The notes below the pieces were generated by a model. It was not told where the DNA came from, searched no databases, and saw only the letters and a program-made list of their open reading frames with translations. The position numbers and the translations under genes are program-made. From Actinomycetes bacterium (GTDB lineage Bacteria > Actinomycetota > Thermoleophilia > BMS3ABIN01): a stretch of DNA of 60,216 nt. The stretch is from the NCBI GenBank assembly GCA_021790115.1, contig JAJYIM010000005.1, positions 1-60,216 of the forward strand. Direction: 5' to 3'. Positions 35,804-45,362 of the stretch are shown one piece after another. How positions within the stretch are numbered: position 1 is the first letter of the stretch; each line of letters begins with the position of its first letter.

Positions 35804-38587
35804 ATGAGGGTCAGTTCGCGCCCTGCCTTTCCAGGCGGCATCGGCGTCAAAATCATCTTGCCGACTTTGCTTGCTGTTTTCCTGCTGATTTTTCCCGCGG
35901 CTCTCGCAATCCGGGGGATGCACGGCGGCAGGCTCGGCTTTCTGGCCACCATGTCACTGGCGGCGCTGGCCGGCCTGGCGCTGGCGTTGCTGCTGGCCAG
36001 AAAAACAACAATGTATACTGCCGGACTATCACACGCCGCCACGGAGCTTTCCCGCGGAAACATGGCCGAGCGCGTCAAGCTTGAGGGCAGCGGTGAGCTG
36101 GCCCAATTAGGGCAAGCATTTAATGACATGGCCGCTTCGCTGGAAATTAGAACCGAAGCGCTGTTAAACGAACAGAGCAAGCTCCGCTCGATACACCAGA
36201 GCATTACCGATGGCATTATTGTCATGGGGAACAGCAACTTCCTCGTCTCCGCCAATCCAGCGGCTGAAGCAATTATGAAGCGGACGGAATCATCGCTGGC
36301 CGGCTCGCGCAAAACCGGCATCAAGGAGCTGGACGAAGTCCTGGAAAAAACAGAGCTGGTCAGACCCGGGCAAATGGTGTCCTGCTGGGAAAAAAAATCG
36401 TGCCGGCATTTTGACTGTCCTTCATATCAAAGTAATGATTTGAGGTGCTGGCTTCAATGTGGCACTCATTGCCACAATGAAATCCAGGGAACTTTTTCCA
36501 AAAAACGCGACGCCTGCGAACGCTGTGACGTTTACCATCAAAATAGCTGCATCTCCACAGAAGCGGAGCTAAACAACAAGGTATACGCCGTGACAGTGGC
36601 ACCGATTCTCAATGATGAGGGCCAGGCTGAAGGCCGCCTGGCGGTGCTGCACGACATCACCGGGGAGCGCCACCGCTCCAGTCAGCTGAAACTGCTTTAT
36701 GAAATCGCCAGTTCCATCGCCATGACGACTGAGATCAATGACTTGCTTAAAAATTGCCTCAACTTGTGCATTACGGCAATGAAGGCGACCAGCGGCTCGA
36801 TCTTGTTGCTGGATGATAACAGCGAACTTGTCATGGCGGCGCACGAAGGCCTGCCGGCTGAGACTATTTCTGGTTTTTGCCAAAAAATAGGCGAGGGCAT
36901 TGCCGGCTGGGTAGCAGAAACCGGTGAGCCACTGTTGCTCACGGAGAAAAATCCTGATCCACGGTTTTCAAAAATCAAGGGGATTAGAGACGCTGTCTGC
37001 CTTCCCATTCGTGATGAACAAGAAGTAGTTGGGGTGTTAAGCCTGAATGAACGGAAAACTGACGAAGGCTTTACCCGGGACAGCCTGGATTTCCTCGCCC
37101 CCGTAAGCGTGCAAATCGGCATGGCTCTCTCACGCGCCCGCCTGCATGCAAGCATTATTGAGGAAAAAGAAAAACAGGCGGCGATTGTTGAGGGTATGGG
37201 AGAAAGCCTCTATGTCAGGGATTCCGACCATACCATACTTTTCGCCAACCCGGTCCACAAACAGATCTTTGGCGAAGACTGCGTCGGCAAAAAATGTCAC
37301 CAGGTTTATGTTGGCCGCAAAAACGCCTGTCCCGGCTGCCCGCTGGAGCTTTGCTTTACAACGGGTGAAACCGTGAGACGCACGCGTTTCGTTCTCGACA
37401 GGCTGGGCAACCGGCGGCAACTGGAGGCAACTGCTTCCCCATTCAGGGACGCCAGTGGCATAACCAGTTGCATCGAGATCAGCCGTGATGTTACCGAAAT
37501 GTTACGAATCAGAGACCAAGCCAAAAGCCGGCTCGACTCCCTGACGGCCCTGTTTGAGGTTTCCAATTCACTGAGCTCCAGCCTGGAATTGGATAGCATC
37601 ATTGACAATCTCGCTCAATCGACAGTGACAGCGCTGAAAGCCTCCACCGTCGCAGTTTTGACTTTCGAGGAACCGGCCCGGCGGCTGGTGCTGCACTCCA
37701 TCGCCGGAGAAACCAGAGGCTGGCCTTTAAAATGTGGCGACGCTCTTGACTTATCCAACTACAGCCTCAACGGGCTGGTATCCAGCGGTGGGCCTTTTTG
37801 CGCCACCCATCCGGGCCAGATGACGCCAGCCTCCATATCGCTGGCGCCGCCTGCTGCCCAATCAGTGGTGATAGGGCGGCTTTTATCCAGAGGAAAACTG
37901 CTGGGGTTGATCTCTATGTCCAGCGCCCGGAAAAATGCGTTCTCAGAGCCCGGCCAGATGGAACTGTTTACAGACATCACAAATCAAGGAGCAGTCGCCA
38001 TCGACAATGCGCAAACCTATAAGCGCCTGGAGGCAACTTTTTGGAGCACAATCCGTTCGCTGGCTGAAGCCATCGACGCAAAGGATTCCTACACCCGTGG
38101 ACATTCCGACCGGGTGGCGGAGTATGCCGATGCGCTGGCGAGGCGCTTGAACCTGGCCGAAAATGAGCTAAACGCCGTACGCTGCGCCGGGTACCTGCAT
38201 GACACGGGCAAAATCGGCATTCCGGACGCAATCTTGCTGAAACCCGGCAGGCTCACCGACGAAGAATACCGCCTGGTCAGGAACCACCCCGTCCTGAGCC
38301 ACAAAATCATCGAGCCGGTAGATTTCCCTTACAATGTCAAGCCGCTGGTGCGCCACCATCATGAAAGGATCGACGGCTCCGGATACCCGGATGGGCTCGT
38401 CGGCGATGAGATCCCATTGGGGGCGCGCATCATCGGCATCGCGGACGCTTACGAAGCGATGACCTCCGACCGCCCCTATCGCAAAGCGCTGACGCGGGCT
38501 GCAGCCGTCGCCGAGCTTAAGCGTTGCGCAGGCACACAGTTTGACGCCGGCCTCGTGAGCTCCTTTATTGAAATTCTGGATGACTAA
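35804..38587 (+). CDS. Membrane HD-GYP phosphodiesterase with HAMP, PAS, Cys-rich two-CW insert and GAF domains
   Basis: 2 TM + HAMP; GEGIAGWVA GAF; AIDAKDSYTRGHS, HD, HHERIDGSGYP. Confidence 0.9.
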   Translation: MRVSSRPAFPGGIGVKIILPTLLAVFLLIFPAALAIRGMHGGRLGFLATMSLAALAGLALALLLARKTTMYTAGLSHAATELSRGNMAERVKLEGSGELAQLGQAFNDMAASLEIRTEALLNEQSKLRSIHQSITDGIIVMGNSNFLVSANPAAEAIMKRTESSLAGSRKTGIKELDEVLEKTELVRPGQMVSCWEKKSCRHFDCPSYQSNDLRCWLQCGTHCHNEIQGTFSKKRDACERCDVYHQNSCISTEAELNNKVYAVTVAPILNDEGQAEGRLAVLHDITGERHRSSQLKLLYEIASSIAMTTEINDLLKNCLNLCITAMKATSGSILLLDDNSELVMAAHEGLPAETISGFCQKIGEGIAGWVAETGEPLLLTEKNPDPRFSKIKGIRDAVCLPIRDEQEVVGVLSLNERKTDEGFTRDSLDFLAPVSVQIGMALSRARLHASIIEEKEKQAAIVEGMGESLYVRDSDHTILFANPVHKQIFGEDCVGKKCHQVYVGRKNACPGCPLELCFTTGETVRRTRFVLDRLGNRRQLEATASPFRDASGITSCIEISRDVTEMLRIRDQAKSRLDSLTALFEVSNSLSSSLELDSIIDNLAQSTVTALKASTVAVLTFEEPARRLVLHSIAGETRGWPLKCGDALDLSNYSLNGLVSSGGPFCATHPGQMTPASISLAPPAAQSVVIGRLLSRGKLLGLISMSSARKNAFSEPGQMELFTDITNQGAVAIDNAQTYKRLEATFWSTIRSLAEAIDAKDSYTRGHSDRVAEYADALARRLNLAENELNAVRCAGYLHDTGKIGIPDAILLKPGRLTDEEYRLVRNHPVLSHKIIEPVDFPYNVKPLVRHHHERIDGSGYPDGLVGDEIPLGARIIGIADAYEAMTSDRPYRKALTRAAAVAELKRCAGTQFDAGLVSSFIEILDD

Positions 38588-38596
38588 CTTGCCGGC

Positions 38597-38628
38597 GTGC
38601 CTGCACAGGCTAAAAGCCTGTGCCTGCC
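38597..38628 (-). repeat. REP-like palindrome, family A
   Basis: GTGCCTGCACAGGCTAAAAGCCTGTGCCTGCC. Confidence 0.75.
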
Positions 38629-38718
38629 ATCGTAGCTACTTATCAAAAGGCCCGCCTTTTCAGCTATCCGGCAATCAGGTAGTATTGCGCCATTGCCACC
38701 AGAATGGAGGAGCAGGAC

Positions 38719-39714
38719 ATGCCAACACTTTCCGACCCCCTCATCAGCGGTAAAATCACGCTTAAAAACCGAATCGTCATGCCTCCCATGGCTAACGATA
38801 TGTCAAGCGAAGCCGGCGAAGTCAATGACAGGCATCTGAGTCATTACCGCGCCAGGGCTGAAGCCGGTGTCGGCTTGATCATCGTTGAACACAGTTACAT
38901 TATGCCCGCGGGAAAAATGACCAAAAAACAGCTTGGCATTCATGAAGATGGATTGACTGAAGGGCTTAAGCTGCTGGCCGACGCAATCCGCGGCGCCGGA
39001 GCGATGAGCGCCATTCAACTTACTCATGCCGGCGCCAACACGACCGCTGATGTGTGCGGTTGCCAGCCCGCCGGGCCTGCAGATATTCCTCCGCCCAAGC
39101 GGACCGAAGCGCCTCATCCGCTGGAATTGGGCGAAATCGAAGAAATTGTCGCCGCCTACAGGCAGGCTGCCCGCAGGGCCGTGATGGCCGGTTTCGACTC
39201 AATCGAGATCCACGGAGCCCACGGCTTTTTGTTGAATGAATTTGTTTCCCCGTACACAAACCGCAGAAATGATATCTACGGAGGCAGCACTGAAAACCGG
39301 CTGCGGCTCCCCCTGGAAGTTATCACTGCAGTGCGCGAGCAAGCGGGCCCCGCCTTTCCGTTGCTTTACCGGTTCGGCGCCAGCGATTTCATGCAGGGAG
39401 GGCTGACGCTGGAAGAGGCGCAAAAAATTGCGCCGCTGCTGGTGGAGGCCAGTGTAGACATACTTGATGTTTCCGGCGGGCTGTGCGGATCGCGCCCTAA
39501 AGACCTGGCAGATAATCAAGGATTCTTTGTGCCGCTTGCCACCAGCATCAAGTCCGTCATTGACGTTCCTGTAATCGCTGTGGGTGGCATCACGGATCCC
39601 CTTTATGCCAATAGCGTCATTGCCGAGGGCAAGGCCGACCTGGTGGCTGTGGGAAGAGCACTGCTGAAGAACCCAAACTGGGCCGGCGAAGCCCTGCATC
39701 AAATGCAGGAGTAA
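38719..39714 (+). CDS. NADH:flavin oxidoreductase (old yellow enzyme family)
   Basis: LKNRIVMPPM, EIHGAHGFLL, YGGSTENR, DLVAVGR. Confidence 0.92.
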   Translation: MPTLSDPLISGKITLKNRIVMPPMANDMSSEAGEVNDRHLSHYRARAEAGVGLIIVEHSYIMPAGKMTKKQLGIHEDGLTEGLKLLADAIRGAGAMSAIQLTHAGANTTADVCGCQPAGPADIPPPKRTEAPHPLELGEIEEIVAAYRQAARRAVMAGFDSIEIHGAHGFLLNEFVSPYTNRRNDIYGGSTENRLRLPLEVITAVREQAGPAFPLLYRFGASDFMQGGLTLEEAQKIAPLLVEASVDILDVSGGLCGSRPKDLADNQGFFVPLATSIKSVIDVPVIAVGGITDPLYANSVIAEGKADLVAVGRALLKNPNWAGEALHQMQE

Positions 39715-39716
39715 TG

Positions 39717-41303
39717 TTAGCGGAGCCCGTTGCGGCGGACAAATAAACCTAAATCCAAAGGTGGCATATCCCAGTTTTGGACCCGTTTCCAGGATTTAGC
39801 CATTACCGCGCTGATCTGCGGCGAGGCGGGATAATTGCCCAAAGCTCCGTCTCCGCTTACTAGCCAGACACGATCAGCCGTCTGCAGATAACTGTTGATC
39901 TTACTGTCCAGCTCATTGCCGCGGTACTGCGAAAAAAACTCCCTGTTGCTATAGCCACCCCATGGCTTCGAGCTTAAGTCGGCGCCGTAGCTCTGAACAT
40001 ACCCGCCAAACATTTGCAGATTCCCCGGCAGATAAAATGCGGCGGCTACCGCGCAATGAGTTTCAGGGAAACATAACATTTCGTCCCCTCCGCTCCGGTT
40101 TGCCGCGATAATTGACATGACGCCCCGCCAGTTTTCGTTGCGCGGCACTTTTAGCTCAACTGCAGAATAATAGAGCATTGCGGCGATAAACGGAGTACCC
40201 GCCAGGAAAGCCAGCCGGGGTGGAATGTTTGACACAATCAAACCCAAAAACAAGGCGAATGCCGGCGCCGCCCAGGCATAGTAACGCTCAGCAAAACTGG
40301 CGCCTGGAGCAGCAAGTTGGACGGCTACAGGACCCGCCACCAGAATCAACAAGTATACTCCAGCGGCAACAATTTCACGTTTTATCAACATTCGCCTGGC
40401 CGGCTTAAATGCGGCCAAAGCCAGCATGAGAAGACCAGCAATTGCCATGACGATGATTGCTTCCCGGTGAGTGATCAGCACGCCCAGAACGCCACCACCA
40501 ATATCCTGGCTAGCATAACCCTGAACAAAAGCAATGGGCCAGTAAATTACATCTTTAGCAAAAAAAGTCAGAGACGGCATGGACAGCCCGGAACGGCCGG
40601 CTGTAGCCGAGCGGGTCAGCAGGAAAAAAACAGTTAATACCATCCCCAAAAAAACGTGGCTGACAGCCCATCCGCTAACGCGGCGATTCCGCGAATCAGT
40701 TAAAAGCCAATAAACGGCCAGGCCGGCAAAAACCATGATGAAAGCGAGGTAAAAAGAAAAGATCATCAAAAGTGTGGCAATGATGTACAGGGCCCAATTC
40801 TTCCACCCGCCTCTTTTGCTGCATCTTGCCAGGAAATAGAAAGATAACAAGGAAACCAGCGTCAGCCAGCTGTAAGAAGTCGCATCACGGGCATACCAAA
40901 CCATCAAAGGAGAAATGGCCGCGAAAGCTGCGGCCCAAAGACCTGCCCGACGTGAGTGGATTTCTTTGCCCGTGGCATAAATCAAAGGAATGATCAACAC
41001 CCCAAAAAATGCAGACAAGAAGCGCGCCCATATCTCGCCACCGGCCGGCATTGGCCAGAAGTATGCAAGTAGGTTAAAGACGGGAGGATGTCCCTGGGCA
41101 ATTGCTTCTGAAATGAGCCGGCCGAGTGGCAGCTTGCTCGTCCACACACTGGCCAGCTCATCATAATTGAGGCTTTCGTGCGCCAACTTAAAAAAACGGA
41201 CAAAGGCGCCCGCGAGAATCAGTAACTCAAGAACCATTGCCGGCATGTGCTGTTGCCAATTTGCGGCGCTATCTTTAAGCGCGGCTGCTCTACCGCTCAT
41301 CAC
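39717..41303 (-). CDS. GT39/ArnT-like membrane glycosyltransferase
   Basis: SLNYDE, HPP, ARFLS, ERY motifs; many TM segments. Confidence 0.75.
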   Translation of the reverse strand: MMSGRAAALKDSAANWQQHMPAMVLELLILAGAFVRFFKLAHESLNYDELASVWTSKLPLGRLISEAIAQGHPPVFNLLAYFWPMPAGGEIWARFLSAFFGVLIIPLIYATGKEIHSRRAGLWAAAFAAISPLMVWYARDATSYSWLTLVSLLSFYFLARCSKRGGWKNWALYIIATLLMIFSFYLAFIMVFAGLAVYWLLTDSRNRRVSGWAVSHVFLGMVLTVFFLLTRSATAGRSGLSMPSLTFFAKDVIYWPIAFVQGYASQDIGGGVLGVLITHREAIIVMAIAGLLMLALAAFKPARRMLIKREIVAAGVYLLILVAGPVAVQLAAPGASFAERYYAWAAPAFALFLGLIVSNIPPRLAFLAGTPFIAAMLYYSAVELKVPRNENWRGVMSIIAANRSGGDEMLCFPETHCAVAAAFYLPGNLQMFGGYVQSYGADLSSKPWGGYSNREFFSQYRGNELDSKINSYLQTADRVWLVSGDGALGNYPASPQISAVMAKSWKRVQNWDMPPLDLGLFVRRNGLR

Positions 41304-41431
41304 TTCCTCTCCGCTTCACGCTCCAAACAATGGCAGAACCTGCCGGCGTCAAGATTGAGGGAAAAACAAGTCTCCCGGCATGAGTAACCCGGCCGATATT
41401 TATTTTAAGAGAAAGGCGCGGGAGGAGACAA

Positions 41432-42340
41432 GTGGAGGGTGGTCATCAAACCCGTCACGCGGAATCGTCAATCGGCCGGTGCCCAGTGCACCCGGACGAG
41501 CCGTTGACGGGTCTATGCAGCTGTGGCACATTCTTCTGCCACCGTTGCTCGCCGTCGGCGGTGTTCTGCGCCCGCTGCTACCAAACCCGGGTTTACTCTA
41601 CCAGCTTCAGGATTGCGGCAGGAACAAGTCTTTCTGTTTCGGGCGCTTGCGCAGCGACCGGGCGGGTGACCTACAGGCGGCCACTGGCACAAAGAATATT
41701 GATTGAGGCGCTGCTTCTAATTATCAGCACCATCCTGATCATGGGAGGATTGCTCTTCCAGCAGAGCCGTACCCTGGCTGCCTCTGACGGGCAGGTCTTT
41801 GGTTTCGGCATTAACGCCGGCAATGACCCGCAGCAAAAAAACGCCCCTTATTTCTCTGACAGCATCAAGTTTAACGACGCCACTGTCACGCTAACGAGTG
41901 ACACCTCTTACTCAATCAGCGCCCGGGTTCAGAGCGTGCACGCTTATGATGACATGATTAGCCCTGCCATTCCGGACGACCTGCTGCTGTCGTGGGGGAA
42001 ACTGGCCGACCCTGACACAGCCAGCCGCTTTAGCTGGAAACAATCCGGCCGCCACGGCACCATTTCAGGGCCTTTAGATAGCGACTTGACATCGAGTTAC
42101 ATTATCAGTCATGTCAGCAATAATCACCTCATTCCCGCCAATGACAGCATCCGCGCGGCGCTAAGCCTGGTGAAACCAGGCGACCTTGTTCATATTGATG
42201 GCCGCCTCGTTGATGCCAGGATGGTTATTGACAATACGGAGATCTCCGTTCAGACCAGCAAGAGCCGCGCTGACCAAGGTGATGGCGCCTGCGAAATCAT
42301 CTATGTCGAACATCTGCGAGTGAATGGGCAGTCGTTTTAG
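41432..42340 (+). CDS. Hypothetical membrane protein with N-terminal B-box-like Cys/His cluster
   Basis: CPVH...CSCGTFFCHRC...CARC, one TM, C-terminal domain with SNNHLIP and GDGACEII. Confidence 0.65.
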   Translation: MEGGHQTRHAESSIGRCPVHPDEPLTGLCSCGTFFCHRCSPSAVFCARCYQTRVYSTSFRIAAGTSLSVSGACAATGRVTYRRPLAQRILIEALLLIISTILIMGGLLFQQSRTLAASDGQVFGFGINAGNDPQQKNAPYFSDSIKFNDATVTLTSDTSYSISARVQSVHAYDDMISPAIPDDLLLSWGKLADPDTASRFSWKQSGRHGTISGPLDSDLTSSYIISHVSNNHLIPANDSIRAALSLVKPGDLVHIDGRLVDARMVIDNTEISVQTSKSRADQGDGACEIIYVEHLRVNGQSF

Positions 42341-42441
42341 AAAAATATGAAACAGGTGACCGGCAGCGCCGGGACCGGCTGGACATTTCCGCAGCTTTTC
42401 GCTTTAATTCAATTTTCAGGCTCCCGACTTTCAACTTCGGC

Positions 42442-42696
42442 ATGCAGATAACGATTGACTCCATTTGCAAGGAATTCGATATCAGGGCGGAAGAGATCTT
42501 TGCCTTTATGGACGAAGAGAACATTCACCTAGGCGGCAGCCTCATGCATGACATCGCCATTGATATCCCTGATTTCCGCAAATTCATCGAGTATTGGCGG
42601 CGGCAGCTAAAGCAACGAATAAAAACAGTAGAGCAGGACCTGGCACAGTTGGACGGCAAGGCTGAAAACTTCCTGAGATCTCTGAACGGCTGGTAA
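42442..42696 (+). CDS. Hypothetical protein
   Basis: 84-aa ORF with natural composition filling the gap before tal. Confidence 0.55.
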   Translation: MQITIDSICKEFDIRAEEIFAFMDEENIHLGGSLMHDIAIDIPDFRKFIEYWRRQLKQRIKTVEQDLAQLDGKAENFLRSLNGW

Positions 42697-42698
42697 GT

Positions 42699-43811
42699 TC
42701 AGATCGCCAGCAGCCTCTGTTTCTCTTTTATGCCAGCAATCAGCTTGTCGAGCGAGTCACCAAACAGGCGCACCCCATCAACCTGCAGGTCCTCGGTAAC
42801 CTTGTTCATATCGACGCCGGCGCTGGCAAGTGCTTTAATCGTCCTTTCGGCCTCGTCCAATCCCGCCTGCAGGGATGGTGCGACGGCTCCATGATCAAGA
42901 AAGGCGCCAAGCGTCTCGGCCGGCATCGTGTTTATCGTCCCGGGCCCAATCAGTCCCTCAACATACATAACATCGCTGTAAGCAGGGTTCTTGGTGCTGG
43001 TGCTGGCCCAAAGCACGCGCTGAACGCGTGCGCCCTTCTCCCTCAGAGCCGCAAACCGCTCGCTGCGCATCACCTGTTCATAACGGCGGAAAGCCAGCTT
43101 GGCGTTGGCAATGCCGGCCTTGCCCAGGAGGGCTTTAAGCTCGCCGCGTCCGCCATCAATAAGCTCCTGTAATTGGCCGTCAACGGACGTATCCACCCGG
43201 CTGACAAAAAACGAGGCGACAGATGCGACTTTGCTTAAATCGCCACCGCTGGCAGCCAACCGCTCCAGGCCAGACATGTAAGCCTCGGACACGGCATTGT
43301 AATGGCTAACGGAAAACATCAGCGTAATATTGATATTGATGCCTTCGCCGATTAGTGCCTGGACGGCCTGGATTCCCGGCGGCGTGCCGGGAACCTTCAG
43401 CATGACGTTAGGCCGCAGCTCCAAAGCGTGGTAAAGATGGCGTATCTCTGCAATTGTGCCATCGGTATCATAGGCAAGCGCCGGGCGCGGCTCGAGCGAT
43501 ACGTATCCGTCAGCAGCTCGGGTTCGTTCGTAGACAGGCCGTAAAAGATCAGCAGCTTCACGAATATCACTCAATATCAAGTTCTCATAAATCGCGGCAG
43601 CTTCCAATCCACGGGCGGATAGCGCTTGCAAATCGTCATCATAGTCACCACTGCCGCTGATGGCTTTTTCAAAAATAGAAGGGTTTGACGTAACGCCAGT
43701 GACTCCCAGATCAATCAGCCGTTGCATTTCGCCGGTCTTAAGCAGCCGCCGAGCAATATTGTCATACCAGACAGACTGGCCCATTTTTTGCAGTTGCTGA
43801 AGTTTCGCCAT
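42699..43811 (-). CDS. tal: Transaldolase (actinobacterial/plant type)
   Basis: GQSVWYD, GVTSNPSIF, NVMLKVPGT, NITLMFS, SVASFFVSRVD, WASTSTKNP; GGAGG RBS. Confidence 0.96.
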   Translation of the reverse strand: MAKLQQLQKMGQSVWYDNIARRLLKTGEMQRLIDLGVTGVTSNPSIFEKAISGSGDYDDDLQALSARGLEAAAIYENLILSDIREAADLLRPVYERTRAADGYVSLEPRPALAYDTDGTIAEIRHLYHALELRPNVMLKVPGTPPGIQAVQALIGEGININITLMFSVSHYNAVSEAYMSGLERLAASGGDLSKVASVASFFVSRVDTSVDGQLQELIDGGRGELKALLGKAGIANAKLAFRRYEQVMRSERFAALREKGARVQRVLWASTSTKNPAYSDVMYVEGLIGPGTINTMPAETLGAFLDHGAVAPSLQAGLDEAERTIKALASAGVDMNKVTEDLQVDGVRLFGDSLDKLIAGIKEKQRLLAI

Positions 43812-44007
43812 CTGGATTCCCTCCCGCCAAAGAAGATTAGCCTGTTTTTCAATAAAGTACCCGTTCCTGTGGAAACAAAGCTTTTTCGATTCAACGCGGG
43901 TTAAAGGCAAGGGAGTCAACCAGATAGGCTAAATAAACAGGTCATTGGGAAACGCGGATTTGGGGAAGAATTCAAGTGATACTACGCAAGCTATTAATGG
44001 AGGCGCC

Positions 44008-44205
44008 ATGAGCGGCAAAGGAGAAGGAAAAAAGCGAAATCGGGCGGCTCAGAGCGAGCAGCATGGCTTTCAGGAACGCTCCCTGGAGAAAGCTGAGAAG
44101 CCGGCCGGGGAAGAGACGCGCCAAGTAGCAAACCATGAAAAACAGCGGGTGGTGGATAAGCTGCGCAGGCTGGAGGAGCGCCGCCGCCAGCAGGAGGAAA
44201 GCTAA
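44008..44205 (+). CDS. Small highly charged hypothetical protein (65 aa)
   Basis: GGAGG RBS before ATG 44008. Confidence 0.55.
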   Translation: MSGKGEGKKRNRAAQSEQHGFQERSLEKAEKPAGEETRQVANHEKQRVVDKLRRLEERRRQQEES

Positions 44206-44384
44206 AAATCTATCTCATAAGGCTGTTCGCAGCGAGGCCGAGCGAAAAGGCGACGGACAAGGACGCAGGAGTAAAAGCCCGCAGTCATACCCACTGCGGT
44301 ATGCCCTGGACTTTTTGCCCTTAAGGACGCCGCCCATCGCCTTTGCAGCCGGCCGCAGCAGAATATGCCTTTTGAGATAGATTC
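44206..44384 (+). mobile_element. 179-bp palindromic MITE-like / structured element, copy 2
   Basis: Terminal inverted repeats; homologous to reverse complement of 25410-25588. Confidence 0.75.
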
Positions 44385-44392
44385 CAAGTGTT

Positions 44393-45061
44393 CTAAGCTT
44401 CAGGAAGATAATTTTTGATAAGTTTCATATCTTCCCAAACAAGTTTTTTCAGTTCCCGCGCGCCGGACCCGGCGCCGCCGCGCCGGAGGATAAAGGCTGG
44501 ATGGAAAGTCGCGATTATGCGGGATCCAAAGGGCCCTTCGAACCATTGGCCCCTTTGCTCGGTAATGCTAAAGCCAGGATCGATCACACCTTTGCCAGCC
44601 GGCGAGCCCAGACAAAGGACTACTTTAGGCTGGATAATCTCCACCTGCCGCACCAGGTAAGGCCTGCAGGCGGCCACTTCCGGCGCCATCGGCGCCCGGT
44701 TCTGCATACGGCCCTCGACCAGGTCGGCGGCCCGGCATTTGACAATATTAGTAATGAAAACAGTGGGCCGCGGAAACTCTGCCGCCAAAAGTATCTTGTC
44801 CAGCAGCTCGCCGGCCCTGCCAACAAAAGGCCGGCCCCGGGCGTCCTCGTTCTCGCCCGGCCCTTCCCCCACGATCATCAAACGGGCTGCGGCGTCTCCT
44901 TCGCCAGGAACCGCGTTTCGCCGGTTGCGGCACAGCGGGCAAAGAACGCACTCGCGCACAAAACGCGCAACCGCCTCCAGTTGGTCCTCGCGCGAGGACT
45001 GCTCACTAACAGCCGCATCGATAGGGTCAAACAAATCCAGGTTTCGTGTAAGCAGGGACAT
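44393..45061 (-). CDS. Uracil-DNA glycosylase family 4
   Basis: CxxCxLC, VGEGPG, PFVG, NIVKC, TFHPA; start uncertain. Confidence 0.93.
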   Translation of the reverse strand: MSLLTRNLDLFDPIDAAVSEQSSREDQLEAVARFVRECVLCPLCRNRRNAVPGEGDAAARLMIVGEGPGENEDARGRPFVGRAGELLDKILLAAEFPRPTVFITNIVKCRAADLVEGRMQNRAPMAPEVAACRPYLVRQVEIIQPKVVLCLGSPAGKGVIDPGFSITEQRGQWFEGPFGSRIIATFHPAFILRRGGAGSGARELKKLVWEDMKLIKNYLPEA

Positions 45062-45362
45062 TAATAACAAACAACCAAAGACCTCATCGAAAGCCTGCCT
45101 AAATTTATCACAGAATGCCGGTTTCGGAACTTGCCACAAAAAAATCAGCTCTTCTTTAAGGCTATCTGTCTAAGTCGCCAGCGGCTATGTCATTATCACC
45201 CAACAGATGAATCATTTACCAACCCTTATAACTGATATGCCGGCCTTGTCGGCAAGCAGAACGGATAATATCAGATGTTTTTCACAGGCAACCGGCGCTA
45301 AAAAGGCCGCAGCCCAAAAGTTTTTGGCTCCCCAGGGGGGCATCCGCCCTCCCTGGAAAGAT

